Under the pieces are notes generated by a model. It was given only the letters and a program-made list of their open reading frames with translations, did not search any database and had not been told where the DNA came from. Below, piece after piece: positions 50,060-59,148 of a DNA stretch of 64,000 nt (position 1 is its first letter; every line of letters begins with the position of its first letter). The stretch comes from a virus (taxonomy: Duplodnaviria > Caudoviricetes): positions 32,001 to 96,000 of the IMG/VR virus record IMGVR_UViG_2904560550_000001, one strand, 5' to 3'. The position numbers and the translations under genes are program-made.

Positions 50060-50947
50060 ATGAAACTGATTGGTATTAAAACAAATAACTGTTTTTTGGT
50101 GTCTGACAACATTCAAGGCAGCAGCTATTTCCATAGTCAATTAGAGGGATTGCTTTTCGATGGGAAACGAGCAACTGCAACGTATAAATCAGACTGGTTT
50201 AAGCTAGAAAAGGAACCAAGTGTTATTGAAAAGCAAATGCCACCTATAAAAATTAACCATAGATATGAATTAAAAGAAGGATTCCAGGAATCTGAATTAA
50301 CTCCAAAAGTAATTAATGCTTCTTACATAGGTGAAGAAAGTGAATACTATGAAGTGAAGGGTTTATATGATTTGAAATTTGAAGAAGTCCCACAACAGAA
50401 TCAAAAAATTGAGTTTGAAATGAATGTAATTGAAGAAATTGACGGAGAACTTAAGCTACAAAGTCATAATTTTAACTTGAATTATAACTTACTGGATAGA
50501 ATTCAAACTCATCCAATGCTTCTTGAAACAAAGCCGTGTTACTTGTCCCATGAAGAAAGCTATAAGATTATCAGAAACCATATAAAAGCCAATATAAACC
50601 CTAAATTTGCAAGAATCACGAGTGATTATGATTTCTGTTTTACTGTGGTCAAGGTTCTGGAGCTTTACAAACCTCACGAGTATGTAGTTGATCTTAATGC
50701 AATGTACAAACGGAGAAAGCCTAAACTTGAGAAAAGATTTCAAACAAAGCGGGAAGTTGAAATTTACAATGTTGCACCTAAAGCCTATCAGAGATACCCA
50801 ATTGTAGAGCCTTTTAGTGGTAAAGACGTTGAGGATTTGAAGAGTAATATTAAGAAATTTTTATATGATCTGATGGCTAAAATCAACGAGCCTTTAGTCG
50901 AATGTAAATGCTGCAAAGGAAGAGGGGTTATTTTAAATGAAAATTAA
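50060..50947 (+). CDS. Hypothetical phage protein
   Basis: 295 aa; ITSDYDFCF; C-terminal CKCCKGRG. Confidence 0.75.
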   Translation: MKLIGIKTNNCFLVSDNIQGSSYFHSQLEGLLFDGKRATATYKSDWFKLEKEPSVIEKQMPPIKINHRYELKEGFQESELTPKVINASYIGEESEYYEVKGLYDLKFEEVPQQNQKIEFEMNVIEEIDGELKLQSHNFNLNYNLLDRIQTHPMLLETKPCYLSHEESYKIIRNHIKANINPKFARITSDYDFCFTVVKVLELYKPHEYVVDLNAMYKRRKPKLEKRFQTKREVEIYNVAPKAYQRYPIVEPFSGKDVEDLKSNIKKFLYDLMAKINEPLVECKCCKGRGVILNEN

Positions 50948-51209
50948 ATTGGACAAAGATTACATGGTAAATGAATTGGGACTGCCGGAATCCTCAATTT
51001 TAGAAGAAATCGCTGACACGTCTAGGTGGAGCATTCACTATAGAATTGTGTTCTCATATCAGGGTCGCTTTTTTGAAACTTTCTATAGCAAAGTCGCAAC
51101 TGAAAACCAGTATGAAAGCCCTTGGGAATTTGAAGATCAAGTGGATTGTTATGAAGTGGAGTTAAAAGAAGTGAAGGTTAGAAAATGGATAAGAAAAGAA
51201 TCTCAATAA
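50937..51209 (+). CDS. Hypothetical protein
   Basis: GAGGGG RBS. Confidence 0.7.
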   Translation: MKIKLDKDYMVNELGLPESSILEEIADTSRWSIHYRIVFSYQGRFFETFYSKVATENQYESPWEFEDQVDCYEVELKEVKVRKWIRKESQ

Positions 51210-51242
51210 AAACGATATTTTACAGAAAGAGGAGGAGTGAAA

Positions 51243-51386
51243 ATGTTTACCTGCTTCTGCAACGAATGTGAAAAAGTAATCGAAAAAGATGAAGTTGATT
51301 ATGAGGTTGACGTGGTAGAAGGGCCTTGGGAAGGAGATTGGGAACACGTGCATTTAGAATGCGGTAGTATTGTGTCTTGGATTTAA
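51243..51386 (+). CDS. 47-aa Zn-ribbon-like protein (absent from the ORF track)
   Basis: GAGGAGGAG RBS; CNEC...HLECG; bounded by junction motifs. Confidence 0.6.
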   Translation: MFTCFCNECEKVIEKDEVDYEVDVVEGPWEGDWEHVHLECGSIVSWI

Positions 51387-51499
51387 CTTGTATGTCTAAA
51401 TAAAATCAATTTTTTATTTAAGGGGGTGATAACAATGTGAGTTACCTATGTGATTTGAGTTTTAAGAATAAAACAAAAATAAAAAGGAGTGGTTATTAA

Positions 51500-52324
51500 T
51501 TGTTGAGGATTAAAAACAGAATAGAGGAAATGTTAAAAAAGATTGATGAGGCAGAGAGGGTTTGCTATGACGGGCGCTCCCAACTCTGCATGCATCGTAT
51601 CACTACGAAGCTATTAAAGTGTATCACAGTTAAGAAGACTTTTCCAGTCCTGGTGACTGCTCTGGTTTCATTCCTTAATCCAGTGAGTATTTTAGCAGCG
51701 GACAAGTATCGGAACTTTGAAGAGCTTAAAGCGAATGAATCACCGTTCAATTTCAGCGTATTCTCAAAAGAGCAAGACACTGATGTATTAATTCTTGCTC
51801 CCCATGGAGGTGGTATAGAAGGGGGAACAAGCGAGCTTGCAAAGGAATTAAGCGAAACATACTCTACATATCTTTTTGAAGCTTTAAAGACACCAGGAGC
51901 ATTTGATTTACATTTAACCAGTACGAATTTTGATGAACCACAAGCACTTGAAATGTTGAAGGAACATGAGTTCACATTGTCACTTCACGGTTATGCAAGT
52001 AATGACCAACATGTTTTAGTTGGAGGCACAGATCGGGACAAAGCTGAAGCGATAACAAACACATTAAATAATGCCGGTTACTCTGCAGAGCTTCTTGATG
52101 CAGGAACAAGGTTATCAGGTAGTAGCCCGAATAATGTTGCCAATAAAAATAAAACAGGAAAGAGTATTCAACTTGAGTTAAGCACTGGATTACGTAAATC
52201 AATGTTTAACACCTTTTCTCTAAAAGGACGCTCAGGCACAAGAAATGAGAACTTTTATAACTTCATTGACACTCTGTCACGGTTTATCAATGGGAATGTA
52301 GAAGGGAAGGGTTTGGCAACATGA
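51500..52324 (+). CDS. yoqZ: Poly-gamma-glutamate hydrolase (PghP/DUF867 family)
   Basis: APHGGGIEGGT, HLTSTNFDEP, SLHG, QLELS. Confidence 0.9.
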   Translation: MLRIKNRIEEMLKKIDEAERVCYDGRSQLCMHRITTKLLKCITVKKTFPVLVTALVSFLNPVSILAADKYRNFEELKANESPFNFSVFSKEQDTDVLILAPHGGGIEGGTSELAKELSETYSTYLFEALKTPGAFDLHLTSTNFDEPQALEMLKEHEFTLSLHGYASNDQHVLVGGTDRDKAEAITNTLNNAGYSAELLDAGTRLSGSSPNNVANKNKTGKSIQLELSTGLRKSMFNTFSLKGRSGTRNENFYNFIDTLSRFINGNVEGKGLAT

Positions 52325-54063
52325 ACATGCAGCAGCCCTTATACTATTCTGTTGATGCTCTGGATTGGGGAATTGATGATAAAGGGTCAAATGCTATTGA
52401 AACGACAGAAGGGATAAACCGAGCTTTAAAGTACGCAAGCTCAAAATCATTCTATAAAGTACATATACCAAAAGGTACCTATCTAATTGATGCTGTGAAT
52501 ACATCAAGGCGGCTGCCTGAATTCGGCGGAGGTATTAATATTCCTTCGAATATTGAGTTAATACTTCATCCAGAGGCTGTATTTAAAGTGCAGCCTAATG
52601 ATTCTCAAGGCTATTCCTGTTTCTATATCGGTCAAGCGAGTAATGTAACGATTCGAGGCGGTCAAATTATAGGGGATCGATATGAGCACGATTATTCAAA
52701 GATCGAATCAGTTAAGAAGACACATGAATGGGGATATGGAATTCATGTTCATGGTAGCAGTAATGTGTTAATTGAAAATGTACAGGTCTCTGACTGTATT
52801 GGAGATAACATTTGGATTGCAGCTGATGGGATGATGAACACTTCAGGAACATATACGCCTTCAAAGAATGTAACCGTTCGAAAGTGCACTCTCTTAAGAG
52901 GGAGAAGAAATAACCTAGCTACCAATGGTTGTGAAGGTCTTCTTGTAGACGACTGTGATATAGAGGAAGCTGGGGGAGATACAATTGGGCCGCAATTAGG
53001 AATTGATTTAGAGGGTTTTGGAGAAAACGGAATTAAATACGATCACCCGTATAAATTAACTGTGCGAAACTGCAGGTTTAAAAACAACGGACGTGGATCG
53101 GTTACAGCTCACACAAGTGGTAAGGTAATCATTGAGGGAAACTACAGCGACAATGTTATTTCTTACGGATTCAGCACTGATGTCAGTATTAAAAACAACA
53201 AGATTATCAATGATGCAGAGACTAAGAAATACGGAATTGACTCGGTTGGTGTATCAAGTACGGAATCCGGAAACAGAGTTCAAATTGAGGGCAATACGGT
53301 AAGAGGGTTTGAAATAGGAATTTGCGCAAGAGGAAAAGGCGTGTCGATATCAAATAATACTCTAGAAGGGATAAAGGCATGTCCAATTGCAACACATCAG
53401 GCAGAAGATGTATTAATCACAGATAACAGAATAGAGAACAGTGACTGCATTCAAGTCCAGGTTAGAAACTCAAATGATGTAAGGGTTGTGAACAACAAAG
53501 GGAAAGGAACAATCTCAGCATATGCTGTAAAGATAATGGACTCTACCCGGATCAGTCTAATTAATAATGAATTTGTAAATGTGTACGGAGGAATTTATTG
53601 CGAAAGGTCTCAGTCAGTTCGTTTAAAGGGGAATGACTTATTGTTAAACGGAAGTGGATACGGCATCTTCTGGGATAAGGACTCTTCTGTCTCGCTGCAA
53701 CGAAATGAAATTCATGAGCCTAGAAACGTTGCAATTAAAGGTACTCCTGAGAAGTACAGTTGTCAAATTAGTGAGAATCAGATTTATTTCTGTAAAGCAT
53801 TAATCGCTATTCAACTGACTGGTGGATCAGAACACATGCTGAAGGATAATGAGATTATGTTTAATCGTTCAACAGACCAGGGATATGGAGTGTATTTGGA
53901 GAATACGGACAAAGTACGGCTTGTAAGAAACGATGTGCGGGGAATTGGAGGCAAGTTATTATCTCACCCTTATTGCACAGATAAAGCAAAGAATACAACG
54001 TTAATTCATAACACATATGATAGTGGAACGCTGAAGACAGCAGAAGGAGATATTGTAGTCTAA
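52321..54063 (+). CDS. yorA: Right-handed beta-helix (pectate-lyase-like) protein
   Basis: IPKGTYLI and repeated beta-helix coils; after yoqZ. Confidence 0.8.
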   Translation: MNMQQPLYYSVDALDWGIDDKGSNAIETTEGINRALKYASSKSFYKVHIPKGTYLIDAVNTSRRLPEFGGGINIPSNIELILHPEAVFKVQPNDSQGYSCFYIGQASNVTIRGGQIIGDRYEHDYSKIESVKKTHEWGYGIHVHGSSNVLIENVQVSDCIGDNIWIAADGMMNTSGTYTPSKNVTVRKCTLLRGRRNNLATNGCEGLLVDDCDIEEAGGDTIGPQLGIDLEGFGENGIKYDHPYKLTVRNCRFKNNGRGSVTAHTSGKVIIEGNYSDNVISYGFSTDVSIKNNKIINDAETKKYGIDSVGVSSTESGNRVQIEGNTVRGFEIGICARGKGVSISNNTLEGIKACPIATHQAEDVLITDNRIENSDCIQVQVRNSNDVRVVNNKGKGTISAYAVKIMDSTRISLINNEFVNVYGGIYCERSQSVRLKGNDLLLNGSGYGIFWDKDSSVSLQRNEIHEPRNVAIKGTPEKYSCQISENQIYFCKALIAIQLTGGSEHMLKDNEIMFNRSTDQGYGVYLENTDKVRLVRNDVRGIGGKLLSHPYCTDKAKNTTLIHNTYDSGTLKTAEGDIVV

Positions 54064-54086
54064 ATAAAATTGTAGTTTTAACAAGA

Positions 54087-54818
54087 TTGGGAGATGGTTT
54101 ATTGAAGTATGAAACAACATTTGCTGTAAGCGATATTCATGGCGAGTATGAAAAGTTTATTGAGTTACTGGGACATTGGGATCCTGATTCAATGAATCTA
54201 ATTATTATGGGTGATTTAATTGATAGGGGTAACGATTCACTCAAGGTTGTTCAGAAAGCCATGCAGCTTAAGCAAGATTATAGTGAGCAAGTAGTTGTTT
54301 TAAAAGGTAACCATGAAGATATGTTAATGATGTTTTTAAAAGAACGTGATTATGGGACAGGCTCCTGGTATTTCAATAATGGTGGGAATAAAACATACGA
54401 AAGCTTTATTGAAGAAGCTGACACGTATTTTCACAGTTATGAAGTTAAAGCACATAAAATGTCTCTTAAAACAAATGAGATTGAATTTATTAAAGACTTA
54501 CCCTTGTTTCAAGAAGTCGGGAATGTCCTTTTTGTTCATGCTGGTATCAATCCTTTCATGTCCGATTGGAAACAAGGAGGTGCAAAAGATTTTCTTTGGA
54601 CAAGAGGCCATTGGAATCACAAAAATGAAACAAATAAACACATTGTGTTTGGACATACTCCTACTCAATTTATGCATAACAGTCAAACAAATAATAATGT
54701 TTGGATCAGTAATTGTGGAACGAACATAGCAATTGATGGTGGAGCTGTTTTTGGCGGTCAATTAAATGGTCTTGTTATAGATAAAAACGGAAAAATTCTA
54801 AACACAATTAGTGTATAG
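54087..54818 (+). CDS. Ser/Thr protein phosphatase (PPP/lambda-PP family)
   Basis: DIHG, GDLIDRG, GNHE, HAG, FGHT, IDGG. Confidence 0.88.
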   Translation: MGDGLLKYETTFAVSDIHGEYEKFIELLGHWDPDSMNLIIMGDLIDRGNDSLKVVQKAMQLKQDYSEQVVVLKGNHEDMLMMFLKERDYGTGSWYFNNGGNKTYESFIEEADTYFHSYEVKAHKMSLKTNEIEFIKDLPLFQEVGNVLFVHAGINPFMSDWKQGGAKDFLWTRGHWNHKNETNKHIVFGHTPTQFMHNSQTNNNVWISNCGTNIAIDGGAVFGGQLNGLVIDKNGKILNTISV

Positions 54819-54840
54819 TCTGAACAATGGAGATGGATAT

Positions 54841-55218
54841 ATGACCAATATTTTAAGCAAAGATCAAGATGAAGCAATCCGGTATTTCAAGAACAAGCTG
54901 AACATATCTGAAAAACTGTACATATCCCTAATTAATTTTAATCTGCTTAGAGATAAACACGAAAACTTTGGTAATAGACTATATGAGCTTTATAAAACAG
55001 ATCCTTATCTGTATATCAAAGCGCTCAAAGAAGGTTACGTGGTTGATCAGCCAATTGAATTTAATGAAGCAATTGTGCGGTTCTATGATGGTGAAGAACT
55101 TGCTGTAATTCATAAGACCACTGGGAAAAGATATAATGTGAATGTAAAAATGAAAGAGCTTCCTGACGGTTTTACGCTGCAAACAATGAACATGTGGTCA
55201 TGGAGTGAAGTTGTTTAA
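54841..55218 (+). CDS. yorC: YorC-like hypothetical protein
   Basis: 125 aa from ATG 54841; synteny. Confidence 0.55.
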   Translation: MTNILSKDQDEAIRYFKNKLNISEKLYISLINFNLLRDKHENFGNRLYELYKTDPYLYIKALKEGYVVDQPIEFNEAIVRFYDGEELAVIHKTTGKRYNVNVKMKELPDGFTLQTMNMWSWSEVV

Positions 55219-55658
55219 TTTTATGAATTTTCACTTGTTTTGATTTGTCATGTTGCTAAGTGGGTACAATTAAGGATGAGAAGGGAAAGGTTCTCTCATA
55301 ATAATGTTAAGGGGTGTTTAATGTGTTGGTATATGAATATGGCAGAACGAAGCAAGAAGCTCTGTCTAACCTATGTAGAAAAATGATCCGTGAGTACCCA
55401 GATGAAACTTTCACAACGGACTTTGCAAAAGTTTCTGATTACGGTAATGAAGGATCAGATAAGAGATACGTAGCTGAATTTCGGGTATAGGATAGTTTGT
55501 TATACAGAAGCGCCTAAGCAAAGGTGCTTCTTAACTCTCGATATGATTTTATAAAATTACGCTGTTGGGGGTGGAAACAAGAAAATCATTCTTCAGATGC
55601 AGTCTGTACCCCAATTGATAAAGATACTCAGCAGAAGAGAGAACTTTTTAAAACCTTT

Positions 55659-55709
55659 TAGAATAAAAATAAAATAGTTATTGACCATCCCTTTTTAATG
55701 ATGTAAGAT
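55659..55709 (+). promoter_or_regulatory. SPBRE plus SigA promoter of the replication operon
   Basis: TAGAATAAAAATAAAATA then TTGACC-17-TAAGAT. Confidence 0.7.
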
Positions 55710-55742
55710 TAAGTTATCCCAAAGAGAGAAAGGAGGAAAGAG

Positions 55743-56117
55743 ATGAAAAAGGAATTAAAGATACTGAAAGTATCTGCTGAAGCTTTACATACCTACAAAA
55801 ACGATGTAAAAAGGAATTACAACATTGACGAAGACCAAGCAAGAAGAAAATTAACCAGGAATGTAATGTTGGTTAAGGAATTTAAACCAAGAGGAATTAA
55901 AAGAGGTCTTTTTTCTAAAACATATTCATATGGAAACTTAAAGATCACAATCCGGCATGGAACAGTAATAAGGATTGAAAATGTAAAAGGTGATCCTGAA
56001 CCTTGGGACTTTCCAAAAAAGAGATACATAGAATTAAACAAGCTACTTGGTATTAGGGATTGTAAGTTTAGTAGCAAGTCTCATTATAGACATTTTAAGA
56101 ATAAAAATAAAATATAA
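55743..56117 (+). CDS. yorE: YorE-like protein
   Basis: AAAGGAGG RBS; first gene of the replication operon. Confidence 0.65.
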   Translation: MKKELKILKVSAEALHTYKNDVKRNYNIDEDQARRKLTRNVMLVKEFKPRGIKRGLFSKTYSYGNLKITIRHGTVIRIENVKGDPEPWDFPKKRYIELNKLLGIRDCKFSSKSHYRHFKNKNKI

Positions 56118-56136
56118 AATTAACGGAGGCGTTATA

Positions 56137-57378
56137 TTGAGCAAACTTTATAATACATTTGAATTTATTGGTAACCTATTTATTTCAAATAATAAAGAGA
56201 AATTCCATGAAATTAAGGAATATGACAGCGGATGGGTTAAGGAACGGTTAAGCTTCGCAGTTCAAGAGTCAAAAACAAACAGTGTTTTTGTTGAGATTGA
56301 AGGTGGTTACTCAAAAAGTAAACAAAATAAAGTGTTTTCATTTAGCAAGGGTACAGAAAATGAAAAAGGATCAAGACTCGAAATTCCATGGGAAGATCGG
56401 TTGAAAGAAGAAACAGTAAACATGGTTGCTGATTTTTCTAAGATCCTAATTAACTTAAACGATGAGTCAACAAAAGCCAAATTAAATGAATTGAAATTTA
56501 AAATTAGAGGGTTGGAAATGAAAGGCTCTCTTACTGAAGAAGAAAATAAAACTTTATCTACTCTCAAGGGAGAATATAAACAATTAAACGTAAACGGTGC
56601 AGAATTCATTCATGAATATGATGCTATTCAGTACTTGTCCCAAAACCTCGAAAAGCATAAAGACAATAAATTTAAAATCACAGGCAATATTGAATACAAT
56701 TCATGGAATGGACGGAATTTTAGAAAGTTCAAAATCAAAACCATTGAAATTGTAAGTAGTGATACACCATCTCAACTAAGAGCCACCATGGATGTATTTT
56801 TCACAAGTGAATCTTTAGATGAATCGTCATTTGAGGAAGAAAAAAGGTTCTTTGTTGATGCGTACGTACTTAGCTATGATAATCAGGCAAAAAAAGATCG
56901 ATTTTTTCCTCAGCAATTAGTCATCAATGCACAAAAATTGGACTTTGAAAATGAATTACATATGAAACGGTTAGATCTCTTGAAAAACTTCTTTAAAGTT
57001 GAAAATGATGAAGTATTTCACCTTCAATGGGTTGTGAATATTTTCAGGGGTGCTGATGAGATTGAGTTTACCGAAGAGGAACTCACGGAAAGTCAAAAGG
57101 AAATGATTGCTTTAGGTTTAAACACAATGGATGACTTTAAACCTAAAGGAGGGTTATTGGGAGAAAATCGTGAAGAAAATAGACTTTTAAAACCTATTTT
57201 AAAAAAGATTAATGATTCTAATGATTTTACAGAAGGTGCCGCAACATCTACATATGAAATTGAAGATCTTACATATATTCCACAACAGATTCAAAATTCT
57301 ACACCACCCGTAGAAAAAGAAGAACCTAAAGTGACTGAAGAAGAAAAAGATAATGCATTTGATGGGTTATTTGCTTGA
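56137..57378 (+). CDS. yorF: Probable ssDNA-binding protein (YorF position)
   Basis: GGAGG RBS before TTG 56137; acidic C-terminal tail ending DNAFDGLFA. Confidence 0.55.
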   Translation: MSKLYNTFEFIGNLFISNNKEKFHEIKEYDSGWVKERLSFAVQESKTNSVFVEIEGGYSKSKQNKVFSFSKGTENEKGSRLEIPWEDRLKEETVNMVADFSKILINLNDESTKAKLNELKFKIRGLEMKGSLTEEENKTLSTLKGEYKQLNVNGAEFIHEYDAIQYLSQNLEKHKDNKFKITGNIEYNSWNGRNFRKFKIKTIEIVSSDTPSQLRATMDVFFTSESLDESSFEEEKRFFVDAYVLSYDNQAKKDRFFPQQLVINAQKLDFENELHMKRLDLLKNFFKVENDEVFHLQWVVNIFRGADEIEFTEEELTESQKEMIALGLNTMDDFKPKGGLLGENREENRLLKPILKKINDSNDFTEGAATSTYEIEDLTYIPQQIQNSTPPVEKEEPKVTEEEKDNAFDGLFA

Positions 57379-57432
57379 TTTGAAAAACCTAACTAACATT
57401 TATTTAAAAACAATAAGGAGATGTTTATCCAT

Positions 57433-58548
57433 ATGGCAAGAAAATTTGGTAAAAAGAATAAAATTAAAGTTAATCCTCTCGATTATAACACTGGAATTAT
57501 TGGTGAATCGGGGATCGGTAAAACAACTCTAGCTAAAGAAGTTTGCGAAAAATTAGTCGGAGAAGACGGGTATATAATCTTGAATATTGGTAAAGAGGAT
57601 GGTATTGATGCCATCCCCAATGCCTCTTATGAAGATGTTCCTGATTGGACAACCTTTGATGAAATTACTAAAGATATTATTAAAAACAGAACAACAGATT
57701 ATGCTGATTTAAAGGTTTTAGTATATGACACATTTGATGAGTTGATTAAAATTACAGAACCAGAAGTTATTAGACTACACAATAAAGCAAATCCTGAAAA
57801 AAGAGTGAATACCATTAAAGCAGCATTCGGTGGTTTCCAGGCAGGAGAAGACAAGGTAATTGAGTTAATTCTTGAAAAGATGTGGAAACTTAAAAAGGTC
57901 GGTATTAGCATGTTTATTTTAGGTCATACGAAGAAAAGAACAATGACAGACGTAGTTACTGGTTTGGAATATGACATGCTGACAACCAATATGACACATA
58001 AATACTTCAATGCGATTAAAACCAAGCTCCACGTCTTAGGAGTAGCATCTATTAATCGGTCGATTGAAAAGAAAACAGTAAAACAAAAAATTGGGCCTGA
58101 TAAAACAGTGGGAACAGTTGTTGACGAATCAAGAATCATCACTTTTAGAGATGACAACTTTAATATTGATTCAAAGTCGAGGTTCTCAGATATCACACCG
58201 TCTATTCCATTAGATCCGAATGAATTTATTAAAGCAATTGAACAAGCTATCCATGAGGCTTTTGATAAACAAAAAAATAACACAAATAACATTGAAGAAG
58301 AAAGAAAAGAACAAGAGCAAATTAAAGAAATTCAAATTCACAACGAAGTTATCAACTCCTCTTTTATTGATAAAGAAGAGAATGAAAGATTAGCAGAAGA
58401 GATTAAGACACTATTCCCTAATGCAACTAATCAAGCTAAGGGTGAAATGAAGAAAATTATGGATCAATTTAATATGAAAGATTTTAAAGGGGTAGACATT
58501 GTACCAACTACAGCATTCGAAAAGATAGTCGAAGCATTATCTAACTGA
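57433..58548 (+). CDS. yorG: AAA_24/Sak4-like ATPase
   Basis: GESGIGKTT Walker A, VYDT Walker B, LGH, KSR. Confidence 0.8.
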   Translation: MARKFGKKNKIKVNPLDYNTGIIGESGIGKTTLAKEVCEKLVGEDGYIILNIGKEDGIDAIPNASYEDVPDWTTFDEITKDIIKNRTTDYADLKVLVYDTFDELIKITEPEVIRLHNKANPEKRVNTIKAAFGGFQAGEDKVIELILEKMWKLKKVGISMFILGHTKKRTMTDVVTGLEYDMLTTNMTHKYFNAIKTKLHVLGVASINRSIEKKTVKQKIGPDKTVGTVVDESRIITFRDDNFNIDSKSRFSDITPSIPLDPNEFIKAIEQAIHEAFDKQKNNTNNIEEERKEQEQIKEIQIHNEVINSSFIDKEENERLAEEIKTLFPNATNQAKGEMKKIMDQFNMKDFKGVDIVPTTAFEKIVEALSN

Positions 58549-58596
58549 AGGAAAAGAGGGGGAGACTCTCCCCCTTATTAATAGGAGAGGGTATTC

Positions 58597-59148
58597 TTGG
58601 CCAGAAGATGTGTATGTCAAATATGTAAAGCTAATGGAACTGTCGATACTTTTTTCAGGGTTTCTGACGATAAGGGGAAAAATAAATACTACTGTTCTAT
58701 GGATGAATATGAAAACTATATCAAGGATAAGGCGAAACGAAAAAACCTCTTAAATTACATAGCGAAAGATGTCTTGAATTATAGCGAGGGTCAAGTCATT
58801 CCTCCAATTTTTCTAAAAAAGATAGCCGAACTAAAAAGTTTTTATGATTATGAAGTGATACAAATTTGCTTTGAGAAGAACCAACAAACAATTCAATATT
58901 GGTTAACTAATAAAGAGTTTTACAACGAGTATGGAATGATTAGCTATATTTTTAAGATTGTTGAAAGTAACATCAATGATGTTTATAAGGAATGGCTGCA
59001 TGAACAAAATCAGAGAATGATTGAAAAAAATCATCATCTAGATATTGCAATCGTAAATCAAACTAATATCGTTGATTCCACATCTTTAAAACAAAACAAT
59101 TCACCAAAAAATATAACAGAGTTTCTGGATGGGGAGGACGAGTATTGA
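58597..59148 (+). CDS. yorH: YorH-like protein, possible helicase loader
   Basis: CQIC...YYC; upstream of the helicase. Confidence 0.6.
   Translation: MARRCVCQICKANGTVDTFFRVSDDKGKNKYYCSMDEYENYIKDKAKRKNLLNYIAKDVLNYSEGQVIPPIFLKKIAELKSFYDYEVIQICFEKNQQTIQYWLTNKEFYNEYGMISYIFKIVESNINDVYKEWLHEQNQRMIEKNHHLDIAIVNQTNIVDSTSLKQNNSPKNITEFLDGEDEY

Larger units (their letters stand above)
23461..54080. repeat. Gene-junction motif TAAAA-N6-TTT(T/C/A)A, about 19 copies in the accessory arrays
   Basis: Starts at 23461, 23947, 25278, 28706, 29082, 33155, 40734, 42416, 42697, 43330, 44322, 45111, 45552, 46100, 46391, 48765, 51207, 51401, 54065. Confidence 0.75.
13635..56117. repeat. SPbeta repeated element (SPBRE), consensus AGA(A/G)TAAAAATAAAAT, about 20 dispersed copies
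   Basis: Minus copies near 13640, 13860, 13925; plus copies near 16682, 19051, 19131, 22709, 22798, 26805, 33199, 34938, 39217, 40433, 44476, 46381, 48721, 50025, 55659, 56098. Confidence 0.85.
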
